Shown piece by piece: positions 30,433 through 39,237 of a stretch of 64,000 nucleotides of DNA. The stretch comes from an uncultured Oscillospiraceae bacterium (lineage in GTDB: Bacteria; Bacillota; Clostridia; UMGS1883). The notes below the pieces were generated by a model. That model was given only the letters and a program-made list of their open reading frames with translations. It had not been told where the DNA came from and did no database searches. The stretch is taken from NCBI GenBank assembly GCA_964572985.1, contig CAZNIC010000006.1:5044-69043 (forward strand), read 5' to 3'. The position numbers and the translations under genes were made by a program. Position 1 is the stretch's first letter. Each line of letters starts with the position of its first letter.

Positions 30433-30700
30433 AAAGAAGTAGGTGGCGTATTGCTTTTTGGCAGATACGCATAATAGGGAATCGGGTGAAAATCCCGAAC
30501 AGACCTGCTGCCGTGATAGGGGAGTTGACCTCAAAAATGCCACTGGGTAACCGGGAAGGCGAGGAATACGGTGATCCTTGAGTCGGAAGACCTGCCACTT
30601 CTTTGTACCAAATACTTCACAGGATTTTGAAGGGTACGTTAATTAGGGCATTTTATGAAATGCCTTCTTTGAGTATGCTTTTATTCCTGTAAAAATGCAA
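30433..30700 (+). promoter_or_regulatory. Cobalamin (AdoCbl) riboswitch, copy 2 (~90% identical to copy 1)
   Basis: The same conserved blocks as copy 1, including B12-box 'AGTCGGAAGACCTGCC' (30581-30596). The expression platform diverges, ending in a short 'GGGCATTTTATGAAATGCC' hairpin before RBS AAGGAGG. Confidence 0.9.
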
Positions 30701-30713
30701 GGAGGCGCAAGCT

Positions 30714-32873
30714 ATGAAAGCAAGCTCAAAGATTTTTTTGGTTTTAGCACTAATGTTGACACTTTTAACCGTTGTTACGGTTCAGGCAGGTGAATATATC
30801 ACCACAGCCGAAACCCCCGATGAAACAACCCTAAAATGGGCAACACAGATTGGTGAAGGCTGGCAAAAAAGTGCAGGTGCCCCGATTTTTGTTAATGACA
30901 GTATTGTCATTATTTCCGGGGACGAATTATTGAAGGTTAATCCCAAAAACGGGGAAATAATTCTTCGTGCACAAATGAGCGAAGCACAAAGCTATGGTTA
31001 TGTGGCACCAACATTTGCAGAGGGTAAAATCTTTATGAATTTATCAAACGGTACCGTTGAAGCGTTTGATGCAGATACCTTTGAGTCCGAATGGGTTTAT
31101 ACCGACACATTAAAAGGCAAAGGCATGACACAGGTTACATATTCCGAAAACACGGTTTTTACCGGCTTTTGGAACGGCGAAACAAAGGATGCTAACTTTG
31201 TTGCCCTTGACAGTACAACGGGTCAGTTAAAATGGTCAATGACAATTAACGGTGGTTTCTATTGGGCTGGTGCGTGCTTTACAGAGGATGCTGTTATTTT
31301 TGCAACCGATGACGGCAGCGATAAAATTGCTCATATTTATTCCTGTAATAAGCAAACAGGCGAAATTATAAGTCAAATCGATGTCAGTGACAAGGGCGAC
31401 ATCCGTTCTGCGGCAACATTTTACAACGGCAGAATATACGCTACTACAAAAGGTGGCTACATTATCTCTGCATCGTTAAATAATAACGTATTTTCTGATG
31501 TTAAGTATGGTGAAATCGGTGCGGCGTCCACATCCACTCCTGTTATTTACAAAGACAGGATTTATATCGGTGTAGGAGATAAGACAATTTCTGTGCTTGA
31601 CAGTAATACTCTTGATAAGCTGTTTGCGGTAAATGTTTCAGCATACCCACAGTGTACACCCCTTATTTCAACTTATTACGAAGATGCAGAAGGGTATCTT
31701 TACCTTTATACTACGTACAACAAAACACCCGGAGGCGTAACGCTTGTAAAAATTAAAATCGATGCTGAAAGCAGCGAAGACTGTATTGTAACAGAAATTT
31801 ACGATGCCGAAGGGTATTCTCAGTATTGTATTTCCGACATTATATGCGACGAAAACGGAACTTTGTACTACAAAAATGATTCGGGATATCTTTTTGCGCT
31901 CACAGGCAAAACAACTATTTATGCTTCCATGACAGAAGACGGATTTCTTTTGCCTCAGCGCGATATGTCTGTATCAAAAAACACAGCCGAAAAATATGGT
32001 TATACCGACACTGTGACCGACGGTACATCTGCGCTTGATGTTTTGGTTAAAATCCATGAAGATATGTTTGGCGAGGATTTTACACCGGATACTGCAAATG
32101 ATTACCTTCTGGTTTCAAGTGAGGGGTATTTGTCTCGTGTTGTGTGCATTGATACATATAACTTCGGTTTTGCGGTTAACGGATATGCGCCCCATGACGA
32201 TGTTTTAACCGAATGGGGCTATACGGGATATTCAATTAATCAAGCAAAAGTTTCAAATGGTGCCGTTGTGGAGTTTTTCATTTATCGTGACAGTTGGGCA
32301 ATGGATAATTATGTTCATTTTGAATTGAACGGCTCAAAAATATCGTCTTTAAAAGCTCGTACTGACGAAAACATTACACTTACTCTCAAAGGATATTCTA
32401 TTGGCTGGTACGGCTGCTCGGAAGAGTCACAGCTTGAAAGCATTATAACACCTATCCAAAATGCCGACATAACTTTGGTTGATAGCCTTACAGGCGAAAC
32501 AGAAAAAGTCACCACTACCGATGAAAATGGTAGTTTTAGCTTAAGCTTTGCATGCCCCGGTAAATACATTTTGTCTGCAACAGAAGGGGAGAGCGCAACC
32601 CCCATAATTGCACCTTGGTTTGAAGTTGATGTTAAGGGCATAGCAGTTAGCTTTAATGAGGATAAAACCACTGCAACAATCACATCAAATCTTGACGTGG
32701 CAACCTCTTGTTGGATTATAATTGCTGAATATAGCCAAGATATTGTAACCCGTGTTACAGTACAAGAATCAAATCTTCCCAAAGATTTCTCCACTAATAC
32801 TATCGATATATCAGCCTTTAGCGGTGATATCCGAATTTATGTATGGAATCAAGATTTAGAACCTGTGCGCTAA
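30714..32873 (+). CDS. Secreted PQQ-type beta-propeller protein with C-terminal beta-sandwich domains; BtuG-like candidate surface B12-binding protein
   Basis: Signal peptide (VQA/GEY). Multiple ~40-aa WD/PQQ-like blades over residues ~40-400 with 'G.I..W' repeats. C-terminal Ig/CarboxypepD_reg-like segment 'TTDENGSFSLSFACPGKY'. First gene after riboswitch 2. Confidence 0.6.
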   Translation: MKASSKIFLVLALMLTLLTVVTVQAGEYITTAETPDETTLKWATQIGEGWQKSAGAPIFVNDSIVIISGDELLKVNPKNGEIILRAQMSEAQSYGYVAPTFAEGKIFMNLSNGTVEAFDADTFESEWVYTDTLKGKGMTQVTYSENTVFTGFWNGETKDANFVALDSTTGQLKWSMTINGGFYWAGACFTEDAVIFATDDGSDKIAHIYSCNKQTGEIISQIDVSDKGDIRSAATFYNGRIYATTKGGYIISASLNNNVFSDVKYGEIGAASTSTPVIYKDRIYIGVGDKTISVLDSNTLDKLFAVNVSAYPQCTPLISTYYEDAEGYLYLYTTYNKTPGGVTLVKIKIDAESSEDCIVTEIYDAEGYSQYCISDIICDENGTLYYKNDSGYLFALTGKTTIYASMTEDGFLLPQRDMSVSKNTAEKYGYTDTVTDGTSALDVLVKIHEDMFGEDFTPDTANDYLLVSSEGYLSRVVCIDTYNFGFAVNGYAPHDDVLTEWGYTGYSINQAKVSNGAVVEFFIYRDSWAMDNYVHFELNGSKISSLKARTDENITLTLKGYSIGWYGCSEESQLESIITPIQNADITLVDSLTGETEKVTTTDENGSFSLSFACPGKYILSATEGESATPIIAPWFEVDVKGIAVSFNEDKTTATITSNLDVATSCWIIIAEYSQDIVTRVTVQESNLPKDFSTNTIDISAFSGDIRIYVWNQDLEPVR

Positions 32874-32886
32874 GGGAGGAAGAAGT

Positions 32887-33429
32887 ATGAATTTACTCAC
32901 AACTGTAATTTCTATAATTACACTTCTTTCTATGCACTTGCCTTCAATCGATGTTAGTTATATCAATGATGCAGATGAATACATAGAAGAAAGTGTATAT
33001 TGTTCTGTTGATGCAAGCTCGGTTTCAATAGGAGATGTTATACCAACAGAAGAAATCTCTTTTAATGGCGAAAACTGTGCCGAAATTTTTGTTAATTTGC
33101 TTGAAAGTAATGGTTTTGAGGCAATATATTCCGGTAGTACCAAGGAAGATTTTTATCTTTCTGCCGTAAGCGGTATCGATACTTCGAATGCCTTTGTTTC
33201 GGAGGAATTTGCGGACTTTTTAACTGCACACGGCATTGATTATGAAAATGCTGTATGGGAAGAAAACGTCCTTAGTGAATTTGATTTTACCGAATCATCA
33301 GGCTGGATTTATACCGTAAACGGCGAAATTCCCGATGTGGGAATGAATAGCTACATACCCAATCCCGGAGACGAAATTAAACTTATTTTTACTCTCTGTT
33401 ACGGAGAAGATATTTATTTATTGAACTGA
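32887..33429 (+). CDS. DUF4430 (transcobalamin beta-domain-like) protein with N-terminal signal/anchor
   Basis: 'GWIYTVNGEIPDVGMNSYIPNPGDEIKLIFT', a DUF4430 C-terminal motif. RBS GGAGGAAG. Confidence 0.7.
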   Translation: MNLLTTVISIITLLSMHLPSIDVSYINDADEYIEESVYCSVDASSVSIGDVIPTEEISFNGENCAEIFVNLLESNGFEAIYSGSTKEDFYLSAVSGIDTSNAFVSEEFADFLTAHGIDYENAVWEENVLSEFDFTESSGWIYTVNGEIPDVGMNSYIPNPGDEIKLIFTLCYGEDIYLLN

Positions 33430-33430
33430 T

Positions 33431-34540
33431 ATGAAAAGATTTGTATTGTTTCTACTTATTATTTTATTAATATCAAACACTGTGCATTGTTCTGACATAG
33501 CAAACGAGGCATACAGCACCCCGGGCACCTCTAACGGTGACTGGAGTGCTATTGCTCTTATGTTGTCGGATGAAGACTTTGACAAAGAACGTTATATCAC
33601 AGCCCTCGGTCAATATGTTACAGAAAAGTACGAATATTCCGACAAATTAAGTCGAACAAAGTCAACTGAATGGCATAGGATTGCTATAGCAGTAAATCTT
33701 GCAGGAGAGGATGCAACTGATTTTTGTGGCATTAATCTTATAAACGACGGTGTTTTTTACCGAGAAAATCTTGGCAGGCAAGGGCTTAACGGCTATGTGT
33801 GGGCGCTTATAGCCCTTTGTTCGAGCGATTTTGATGAGCCATACGATGCAGTCAACACAAAAAACAGCATTTTAAACGAAATATTGCTTCGTCAAAACAG
33901 TGACGGTGGGTTTTCTGTTTCGGGCAACACCTCCAATTGCGATATGACAGCCATGACTTTATATGCACTTTCGTTTTTTCAAGACAGGGAAGAGATAAGT
34001 GCTCGGATTGACAATGCCCTTAATTATTTATCAAATATACAAAACGTCGACGGAAGTTTTTCGGAGGGCGGAGTGCCGAATGCCGAAAGTACAGCTCAGG
34101 TAATTATTGCACTTTCAGCACTTGGTAAAAACAAAACCGATGATAAAATGCTAAATGACGCTTACAATGGGTTAATGCTTTTTAAAACAGCTGACGGATT
34201 TTCCCATGTTAGCCCGGGGGAAACAAATACCATTGCAACATATCAAGGAACGTGTGCTGTTGTTGCGGCAGAAAAGCCGAGAGCAATATATAAAAAGATT
34301 AATGATTTCAAAAACGCAACACATTTTGTTGAATTACCAACAGCCTCGGATGAAGAAGAAATTACCCAAACAGAAACTGTATTAACCACCACAGTCAGCG
34401 ATTTATCAACCAAAACCGAAACTGAAACAGCAGCTCTTCAACAGGTATCAGATGATAACAATGGCAGTTTATTTATAATAATATTTTCATTTATCGCTGT
34501 TTGTGGTATAATTACCTTATGTATATGGAGAAAAAAATGA
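33431..34540 (+). CDS. Secreted, C-terminally membrane-anchored alpha/alpha-toroid protein (prenyltransferase / squalene-hopene-cyclase-like repeats)
   Basis: Signal peptide. At least 4 repeats of the 'G(G/Y)(F/W)....(A/T)...(L/I)(A/S)L' type: 'LNGYVWALIALC', 'SDGGFSVSG..CDMTAMTLYALSFF', 'VDGSFSEGG..STAQVIIALSALG', 'ADGFSHVS'. C-terminal TM 'LFIIIFSFIAVCGIITLCIW' followed by RKK. Confidence 0.65.
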   Translation: MKRFVLFLLIILLISNTVHCSDIANEAYSTPGTSNGDWSAIALMLSDEDFDKERYITALGQYVTEKYEYSDKLSRTKSTEWHRIAIAVNLAGEDATDFCGINLINDGVFYRENLGRQGLNGYVWALIALCSSDFDEPYDAVNTKNSILNEILLRQNSDGGFSVSGNTSNCDMTAMTLYALSFFQDREEISARIDNALNYLSNIQNVDGSFSEGGVPNAESTAQVIIALSALGKNKTDDKMLNDAYNGLMLFKTADGFSHVSPGETNTIATYQGTCAVVAAEKPRAIYKKINDFKNATHFVELPTASDEEEITQTETVLTTTVSDLSTKTETETAALQQVSDDNNGSLFIIIFSFIAVCGIITLCIWRKK

Positions 34541-35058
34541 ATTTTAAGAAGAAATCTATCTTTTTGGCAGTTTGTGCTATTTTAATTATTGCGGTTTTTT
34601 TGATATCTAATATACAAAGTACGGAAAATTACGAAAAAAATATATCTGAAAATGGTGATTTTACCGTAACAATATCTATTGATTGTAAAACCATTTTAAA
34701 TGAATATGAAAAGCTTGATAATTCTCTCAAAAACACACAATATGTTCCCGAAAACGGTATTATCCTGAATAAAACAACGGTTTGGGCAAATAAAGGCGAT
34801 ACGGTACTGGATATTTTAAAAAAAGCCACAAAAGAGAATAATATTCAGCTTGAATACTCCCAGTCTCCCAATGACTCATATGTTGAGGGCATAAACCATA
34901 TTTATGAATTTTCTTGCGGTGAGCTTTCAGGGTGGATGTATAAAGTAAACGGTAATTTTGCAAATACCGGCTGTAATTCATATTTTGTTTCGGAAAATGA
35001 CCATATTCAATGGATTTATACTTGTAATCTCGGCGAAGATATAGGAGAAAAATTCTGA
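34537..35058 (+). CDS. DUF4430 (transcobalamin beta-domain-like) protein, N-terminally membrane-anchored; paralog of the 29974 gene
   Basis: ATGA overlap with the upstream stop. TM 'IFLAVCAILIIAVFLI'. 'ENGIILNKTTVWANKGDTVLDILKK' and 'CGELSGWMYKVNG' parallel the first DUF4430 protein. Confidence 0.7.
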   Translation: MNFKKKSIFLAVCAILIIAVFLISNIQSTENYEKNISENGDFTVTISIDCKTILNEYEKLDNSLKNTQYVPENGIILNKTTVWANKGDTVLDILKKATKENNIQLEYSQSPNDSYVEGINHIYEFSCGELSGWMYKVNGNFANTGCNSYFVSENDHIQWIYTCNLGEDIGEKF

Positions 35059-35912
35059 TGCGTTTTTATGATTTTCATCCTCTTACTTTAATTGTATATT
35101 TTGCATCGGTCATTGCATTTACAATGATAACTATGAACCCATTTTTGTTATTATTGTCTTTTTTTGGTGCATTTTTATCGGTAAAAATTATCACAAAGAA
35201 AAGCAGTTTTACTTCATATATTATTATTTTTGCTGCAATATGTCTCACAAATCCGATATTTTCGCACAACGGCGAAACAGTTTTGTTTTATATATTTGAC
35301 CAACGCGTGACGCTTGAAGCGTTAATTTACGGTGTTGGCGCCGGTCTGCTTATTTTATCGGTATTATATTGGTTTAATCTGTTTAGCTATGTTTTCACTG
35401 AGGACAAGCTTGTTTGGCTGGTAGGCAAAATTTCGCCCAAGCTTTGCGTTGTATTTTGTATGGCTTTAAGGTTTATTCCGCTTTTTAAAGAAAACGCAGC
35501 AAATATCTATAACGCACAGCTTTCAATGGGTATTTTTGAAACCAATACATTTAAAGGAAAACTCAAGCTTATAACAAATGTTTTTTCTGCCTTGATTTCA
35601 ATTTCTGTTGAAAACGCTATCGAAACTGCAGACACCATGTCGTCACGTGGTTTTGGCGGCAAAAAGCGTTCTTCATATTCACTAGTTTGCATGTCAAAAC
35701 GAGATGTTTTATTTATTTTTGTTAGTTTGTTACTGGATTTATTGGTGATAATCAATCTTTTAAGTGGGGAAGGCGTGTTTTACTATTACCCCGCACTTTA
35801 TTTTGAAGGTTTTTCGATTTTGTATGTAGTTTTTGCAGTGCTTTGTCATTTGCCTGTTTTAAATGAGCTTACGGAGGAAATAAAATGGAAATACTTGATA
35901 TCAAAAATCTGA
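35058..35912 (+). CDS. ecfT: ECF transporter transmembrane (T) component, EcfT/CbiQ family
   Basis: Polytopic, with EcfT-like coupling-helix region 'ENAIETADTMSSRGFGGKKR' (A-R-G/S motif). TGATG overlap. Confidence 0.75.
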   Translation: MRFYDFHPLTLIVYFASVIAFTMITMNPFLLLLSFFGAFLSVKIITKKSSFTSYIIIFAAICLTNPIFSHNGETVLFYIFDQRVTLEALIYGVGAGLLILSVLYWFNLFSYVFTEDKLVWLVGKISPKLCVVFCMALRFIPLFKENAANIYNAQLSMGIFETNTFKGKLKLITNVFSALISISVENAIETADTMSSRGFGGKKRSSYSLVCMSKRDVLFIFVSLLLDLLVIINLLSGEGVFYYYPALYFEGFSILYVVFAVLCHLPVLNELTEEIKWKYLISKI

Positions 35913-37429
35913 CTTTCAGATATCCTCAATCAAATACAAATGCTCTTTTAGATGTTTCGTTTTCTGTAAACGAAGGTGATTTTGTTCTTTTGTGTGGCGG
36001 CTCAGGCAGTGGTAAAACAACACTTTTGAGACTTTTGAAAGAAGAAATTGCGCCTTTTGGCGAAAAGAGCGGCACTATAAACATAAAAAAAGGTGCAAAT
36101 ATCGGAATTGTTACTCAAGATACCGAAAACCAGATTATATCAGATACCGTATGGCATAACTTGGCGTTTGCGCTTGAAAACATGAACAGACCCGACTGTG
36201 AAATACGTCAAAAAATATCGGAAATTACGGAATATTTTGATATAACACATTTGTTTTATAAAAACACTTTTGAGCTTTCAGGCGGCGAAAAACAGCTTGT
36301 AAATTTAGCGTCTGTTATGGTGACAGACCCCGATATTCTGCTTTTGGACGAACCTACAAGCCAGCTTGACCCCATTGCGGCAAGCCGATTTATGGATATA
36401 GTAAAAAAGCTTAATACCGAAATGAATCTTACGATTATAATTGTTGAGCATCGGGCAGAGGAGCTTTGGAATCACGCAGATAAGGTTGTTTTAATGGAAC
36501 AAGGAAAAAGTCAAATTATGCAAATATGCGATATCAAATCAGGAAAACTGCATGATTATACTGTTGAAAAACCTTATGCAATACAGCTTTTTGAACGCCT
36601 TAATATAAAATCTGATTATCCTTTGACTGTAGGCGGTTGCCGCAGGTTTTTATCGGATAATTTTAAATCCGAAGTCAATGCAATTGAAGAAACAGAATAC
36701 GAAAAAAACACGGCATTAGAATTAAAGGATGTTTATTTCAGATATACAAAAAATTCTGCAGATGTATTAAAAAAGCTCAATTTTAGTGCAGATTTTGGCA
36801 AAATACTTACTCTTTTAGGCGGAAACGGCAGTGGTAAAACAACGCTTTTATCACTAATATCGGGCATAAGAAAGCCCTACAGCGGAAAAATAAAAACATT
36901 CAATCATAAGATTGCAGTTTTGCCTCAAAACGTAAAAACAGTTTTTACAAAAGATGTTTTAAAAGAAGATTTTGCCCTAATTACGGATGATTTTTATGAT
37001 GTCTGCCAAAAGCTCGATATAGAACATCTTTTAGACAGAAACCCCTTTGATTTAAGTGGAGGAGAGGCTCAACGTGCAGCTTTGGCAAAGGTCCTGCTTG
37101 TAAAGCCCGACATTCTTTGTCTGGACGAGCCTACAAAGGGAATAGATGCAAAAGGGAAGAGGCTTATACAAAAAATCCTTAAAATGTTGGCATCAAGTGG
37201 TGTTTGTGTAATAATTGTAAGCCACGATGCTGATTTTTCGGCAGAGATTTCAGATAAATGTGCATTTTTATTTAACGGACAAATTGTATCGGAAGGAAGT
37301 CCGCGAATGGTTTTTTCAAAAAACAAATTTTATACAACATATGCGTCACGCATTTCAAGACATATGTATAAAAATGCAGTTACAATTGATGACGTAGTTA
37401 ATTTGTGCAAAAGGAATGGTCACTATTAA
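35885..37429 (+). CDS. ecfA: ECF transporter ATPase, fused EcfA-EcfA' (two ABC domains)
   Basis: Two Walker A motifs ('GGSGSGKTT', 'GGNGSGKTT'), two signatures ('LSGGEKQ', 'LSGGEAQ'), two Walker B motifs ('LLLDEPTS', 'LCLDEPTKG'). Confidence 0.85.
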   Translation: MEILDIKNLTFRYPQSNTNALLDVSFSVNEGDFVLLCGGSGSGKTTLLRLLKEEIAPFGEKSGTINIKKGANIGIVTQDTENQIISDTVWHNLAFALENMNRPDCEIRQKISEITEYFDITHLFYKNTFELSGGEKQLVNLASVMVTDPDILLLDEPTSQLDPIAASRFMDIVKKLNTEMNLTIIIVEHRAEELWNHADKVVLMEQGKSQIMQICDIKSGKLHDYTVEKPYAIQLFERLNIKSDYPLTVGGCRRFLSDNFKSEVNAIEETEYEKNTALELKDVYFRYTKNSADVLKKLNFSADFGKILTLLGGNGSGKTTLLSLISGIRKPYSGKIKTFNHKIAVLPQNVKTVFTKDVLKEDFALITDDFYDVCQKLDIEHLLDRNPFDLSGGEAQRAALAKVLLVKPDILCLDEPTKGIDAKGKRLIQKILKMLASSGVCVIIVSHDADFSAEISDKCAFLFNGQIVSEGSPRMVFSKNKFYTTYASRISRHMYKNAVTIDDVVNLCKRNGHY

Positions 37430-38108
37430 ACATAGTATTTTTAGTATTTTATCAATAATATTTTTATTAACGTTGGCAATTTTGAGCAATGTTTTTCTTG
37501 GAAATGAAAAGTATATGCTGGTTGCAACCATTGGTGCTTTAATAAGTATAATTCCGTTTTTTACAGCTTTTGAAAATAAGAGACACACAACGCGGGAAGC
37601 CGTTATAATCGCTGTAATGGTAGCACTTTGTGTTTCAGGACGTCTAATTTTTACTATAGTACCGCATTTTAAACCTGTTACAGCACTTGTAATCATAACA
37701 GGCATATATTTTGGTTCCGATGCCGGCTTTATAACAGGCTCTCTTACAGCATTGGTGTCCAATATGCAGCACGGACAGGGTCCATGGACGGTGTTTCAAA
37801 TGTCGGTTTGGGGATTAATCGGTTTTTTTGCGGGATTTTTAAACAAAAAACGACTTTTGCAAAACAGGTTTTCGCTGATGGTTTTTTCGGGTATTTGTGG
37901 GGTTATATATTCTTTAATAATGGATATATATACAACAATAAGCATAGATAGTGTATTTTCATTCGAAAGATATTTGTTTTACGTGGCAACGTCTGTACCT
38001 ATAATGCTTGAATACATAATTTCAAACATTGTTTTTATCTGTGTTTTACAAAAACCTATTGGAAACAAACTTTTGAGAATAAAAACAAAATATGGTTTAT
38101 TTAACTAA
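37416..38108 (+). CDS. ECF transporter substrate-specific (S) component, putative cobalamin-specific (CbrT-like)
   Basis: A 230-aa, ~6-TM protein overlapping the ecfA end and last in the riboswitch-controlled operon. Specificity is inferred from context only. Confidence 0.55.
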   Translation: MVTIKHSIFSILSIIFLLTLAILSNVFLGNEKYMLVATIGALISIIPFFTAFENKRHTTREAVIIAVMVALCVSGRLIFTIVPHFKPVTALVIITGIYFGSDAGFITGSLTALVSNMQHGQGPWTVFQMSVWGLIGFFAGFLNKKRLLQNRFSLMVFSGICGVIYSLIMDIYTTISIDSVFSFERYLFYVATSVPIMLEYIISNIVFICVLQKPIGNKLLRIKTKYGLFN

Positions 38109-38136
38109 AAAAGCACCTTTTTAGGTGCTTTTTTAT
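38108..38136. terminator. Bidirectional terminator between the ECF-S gene (+) and xerD-like gene (-)
   Basis: 'AAAAAGCACCTTTTTAGGTGCTTTTTTATG': an 8-bp stem with U-runs on both strands. Confidence 0.8.
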
Positions 38137-38138
38137 GT

Positions 38139-39122
38139 TTATTCATTATTTTTAAGCTTTTTAGTATTTGCAAGAGGATTACGGTTAACTGCATCATGCA
38201 ACTGTTTTTCGTCAACATGTGTATAAATCTGTGTTGTAGAAAGCTGTTCGTGCCCTAAAATTTCTTGTAATGCTCTCACGTCAACATCTCCGTGAACATA
38301 CATAAGCGTTGCTGCGGTATGTCTGAGCTTGTGCGGGGAGTACTTTTCGGGATCAAGCCCGGCTCTTTCCATATTCTTTTTTACCATTTTATATACCATA
38401 TTATTGGAAATACGAGTTTTTCTTTTGCTCAAAAACAGCGCATCACGATCAATAACACCATCATGAGGTCGGACCTTCAGATAGTCATTTATTGCCGAAA
38501 CACAGGCATCATTTAAATAAACTTTACGTTCTTTGTTGCCTTTGCCTCGTATAAATATGCTTTTTTCTTGCATATCGTGCATATTTATGCCGACAAGTTC
38601 GCTAAGACGCATACCACAGTTCAAAAACAGCGTAATTATGGCATAATCGCGTACTGCAAATTCGCCGTCAACGGCTTCAAGCAGCTTTAAAGATTGTTCG
38701 AGCGTAAGATATCTTGGTAATTTTTTTGGAATTTTAGGAGATTCCAAATCTTTAGCAATATTATCATCAAGCTGATGTGATTTAACAGTCATGTAATTAT
38801 AGAAAGATTTTAAACAGGAAATTTTGCGAGCCAAAGCATTAGGATTGTTGTCACGTGAATTTCTGATATACATAAGAAATTCGTACAAATCATCAGTATT
38901 AAGTTTTTTTAATTCATTTAAAGAAAAATCAGAACAATCAATTGTATCAAATTCATCAAAGGAGGCTTTGTTAAAATAACACAACATAAATCTAAAAAAA
39001 GTTCTGAGGTCATAATAATATTCATGAACAGTTTTATCAGATTTTCCAAGAATGGTAGACATATGGACAAGAAAACGCCGTGCAAAGCCCGGAATATCGT
39101 GGTATTCATTATGTACATTCAT
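38139..39122 (-). CDS. Tyrosine site-specific recombinase, XerC/XerD family, with an extended N-terminal domain
   Basis: C-terminal catalytic motifs 'HKLRHTAAT' and 'LGHEQLSTTQIYTH' (R-H-R-Y tyrosine). The N-terminal region is ~40 aa longer than canonical XerD. Confidence 0.8.
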   Translation of the reverse strand: MNVHNEYHDIPGFARRFLVHMSTILGKSDKTVHEYYYDLRTFFRFMLCYFNKASFDEFDTIDCSDFSLNELKKLNTDDLYEFLMYIRNSRDNNPNALARKISCLKSFYNYMTVKSHQLDDNIAKDLESPKIPKKLPRYLTLEQSLKLLEAVDGEFAVRDYAIITLFLNCGMRLSELVGINMHDMQEKSIFIRGKGNKERKVYLNDACVSAINDYLKVRPHDGVIDRDALFLSKRKTRISNNMVYKMVKKNMERAGLDPEKYSPHKLRHTAATLMYVHGDVDVRALQEILGHEQLSTTQIYTHVDEKQLHDAVNRNPLANTKKLKNNE

Positions 39123-39237
39123 TCTCGTTTCCTCCTACTCCCAATTCAACAAAATTTTTATTTTGTTGAATTGCCTATATTTCTTTCTATGTTATTTTTT
39201 CTTGATTTGTTAAAACAAAATAGGTCTGTACCCTACA

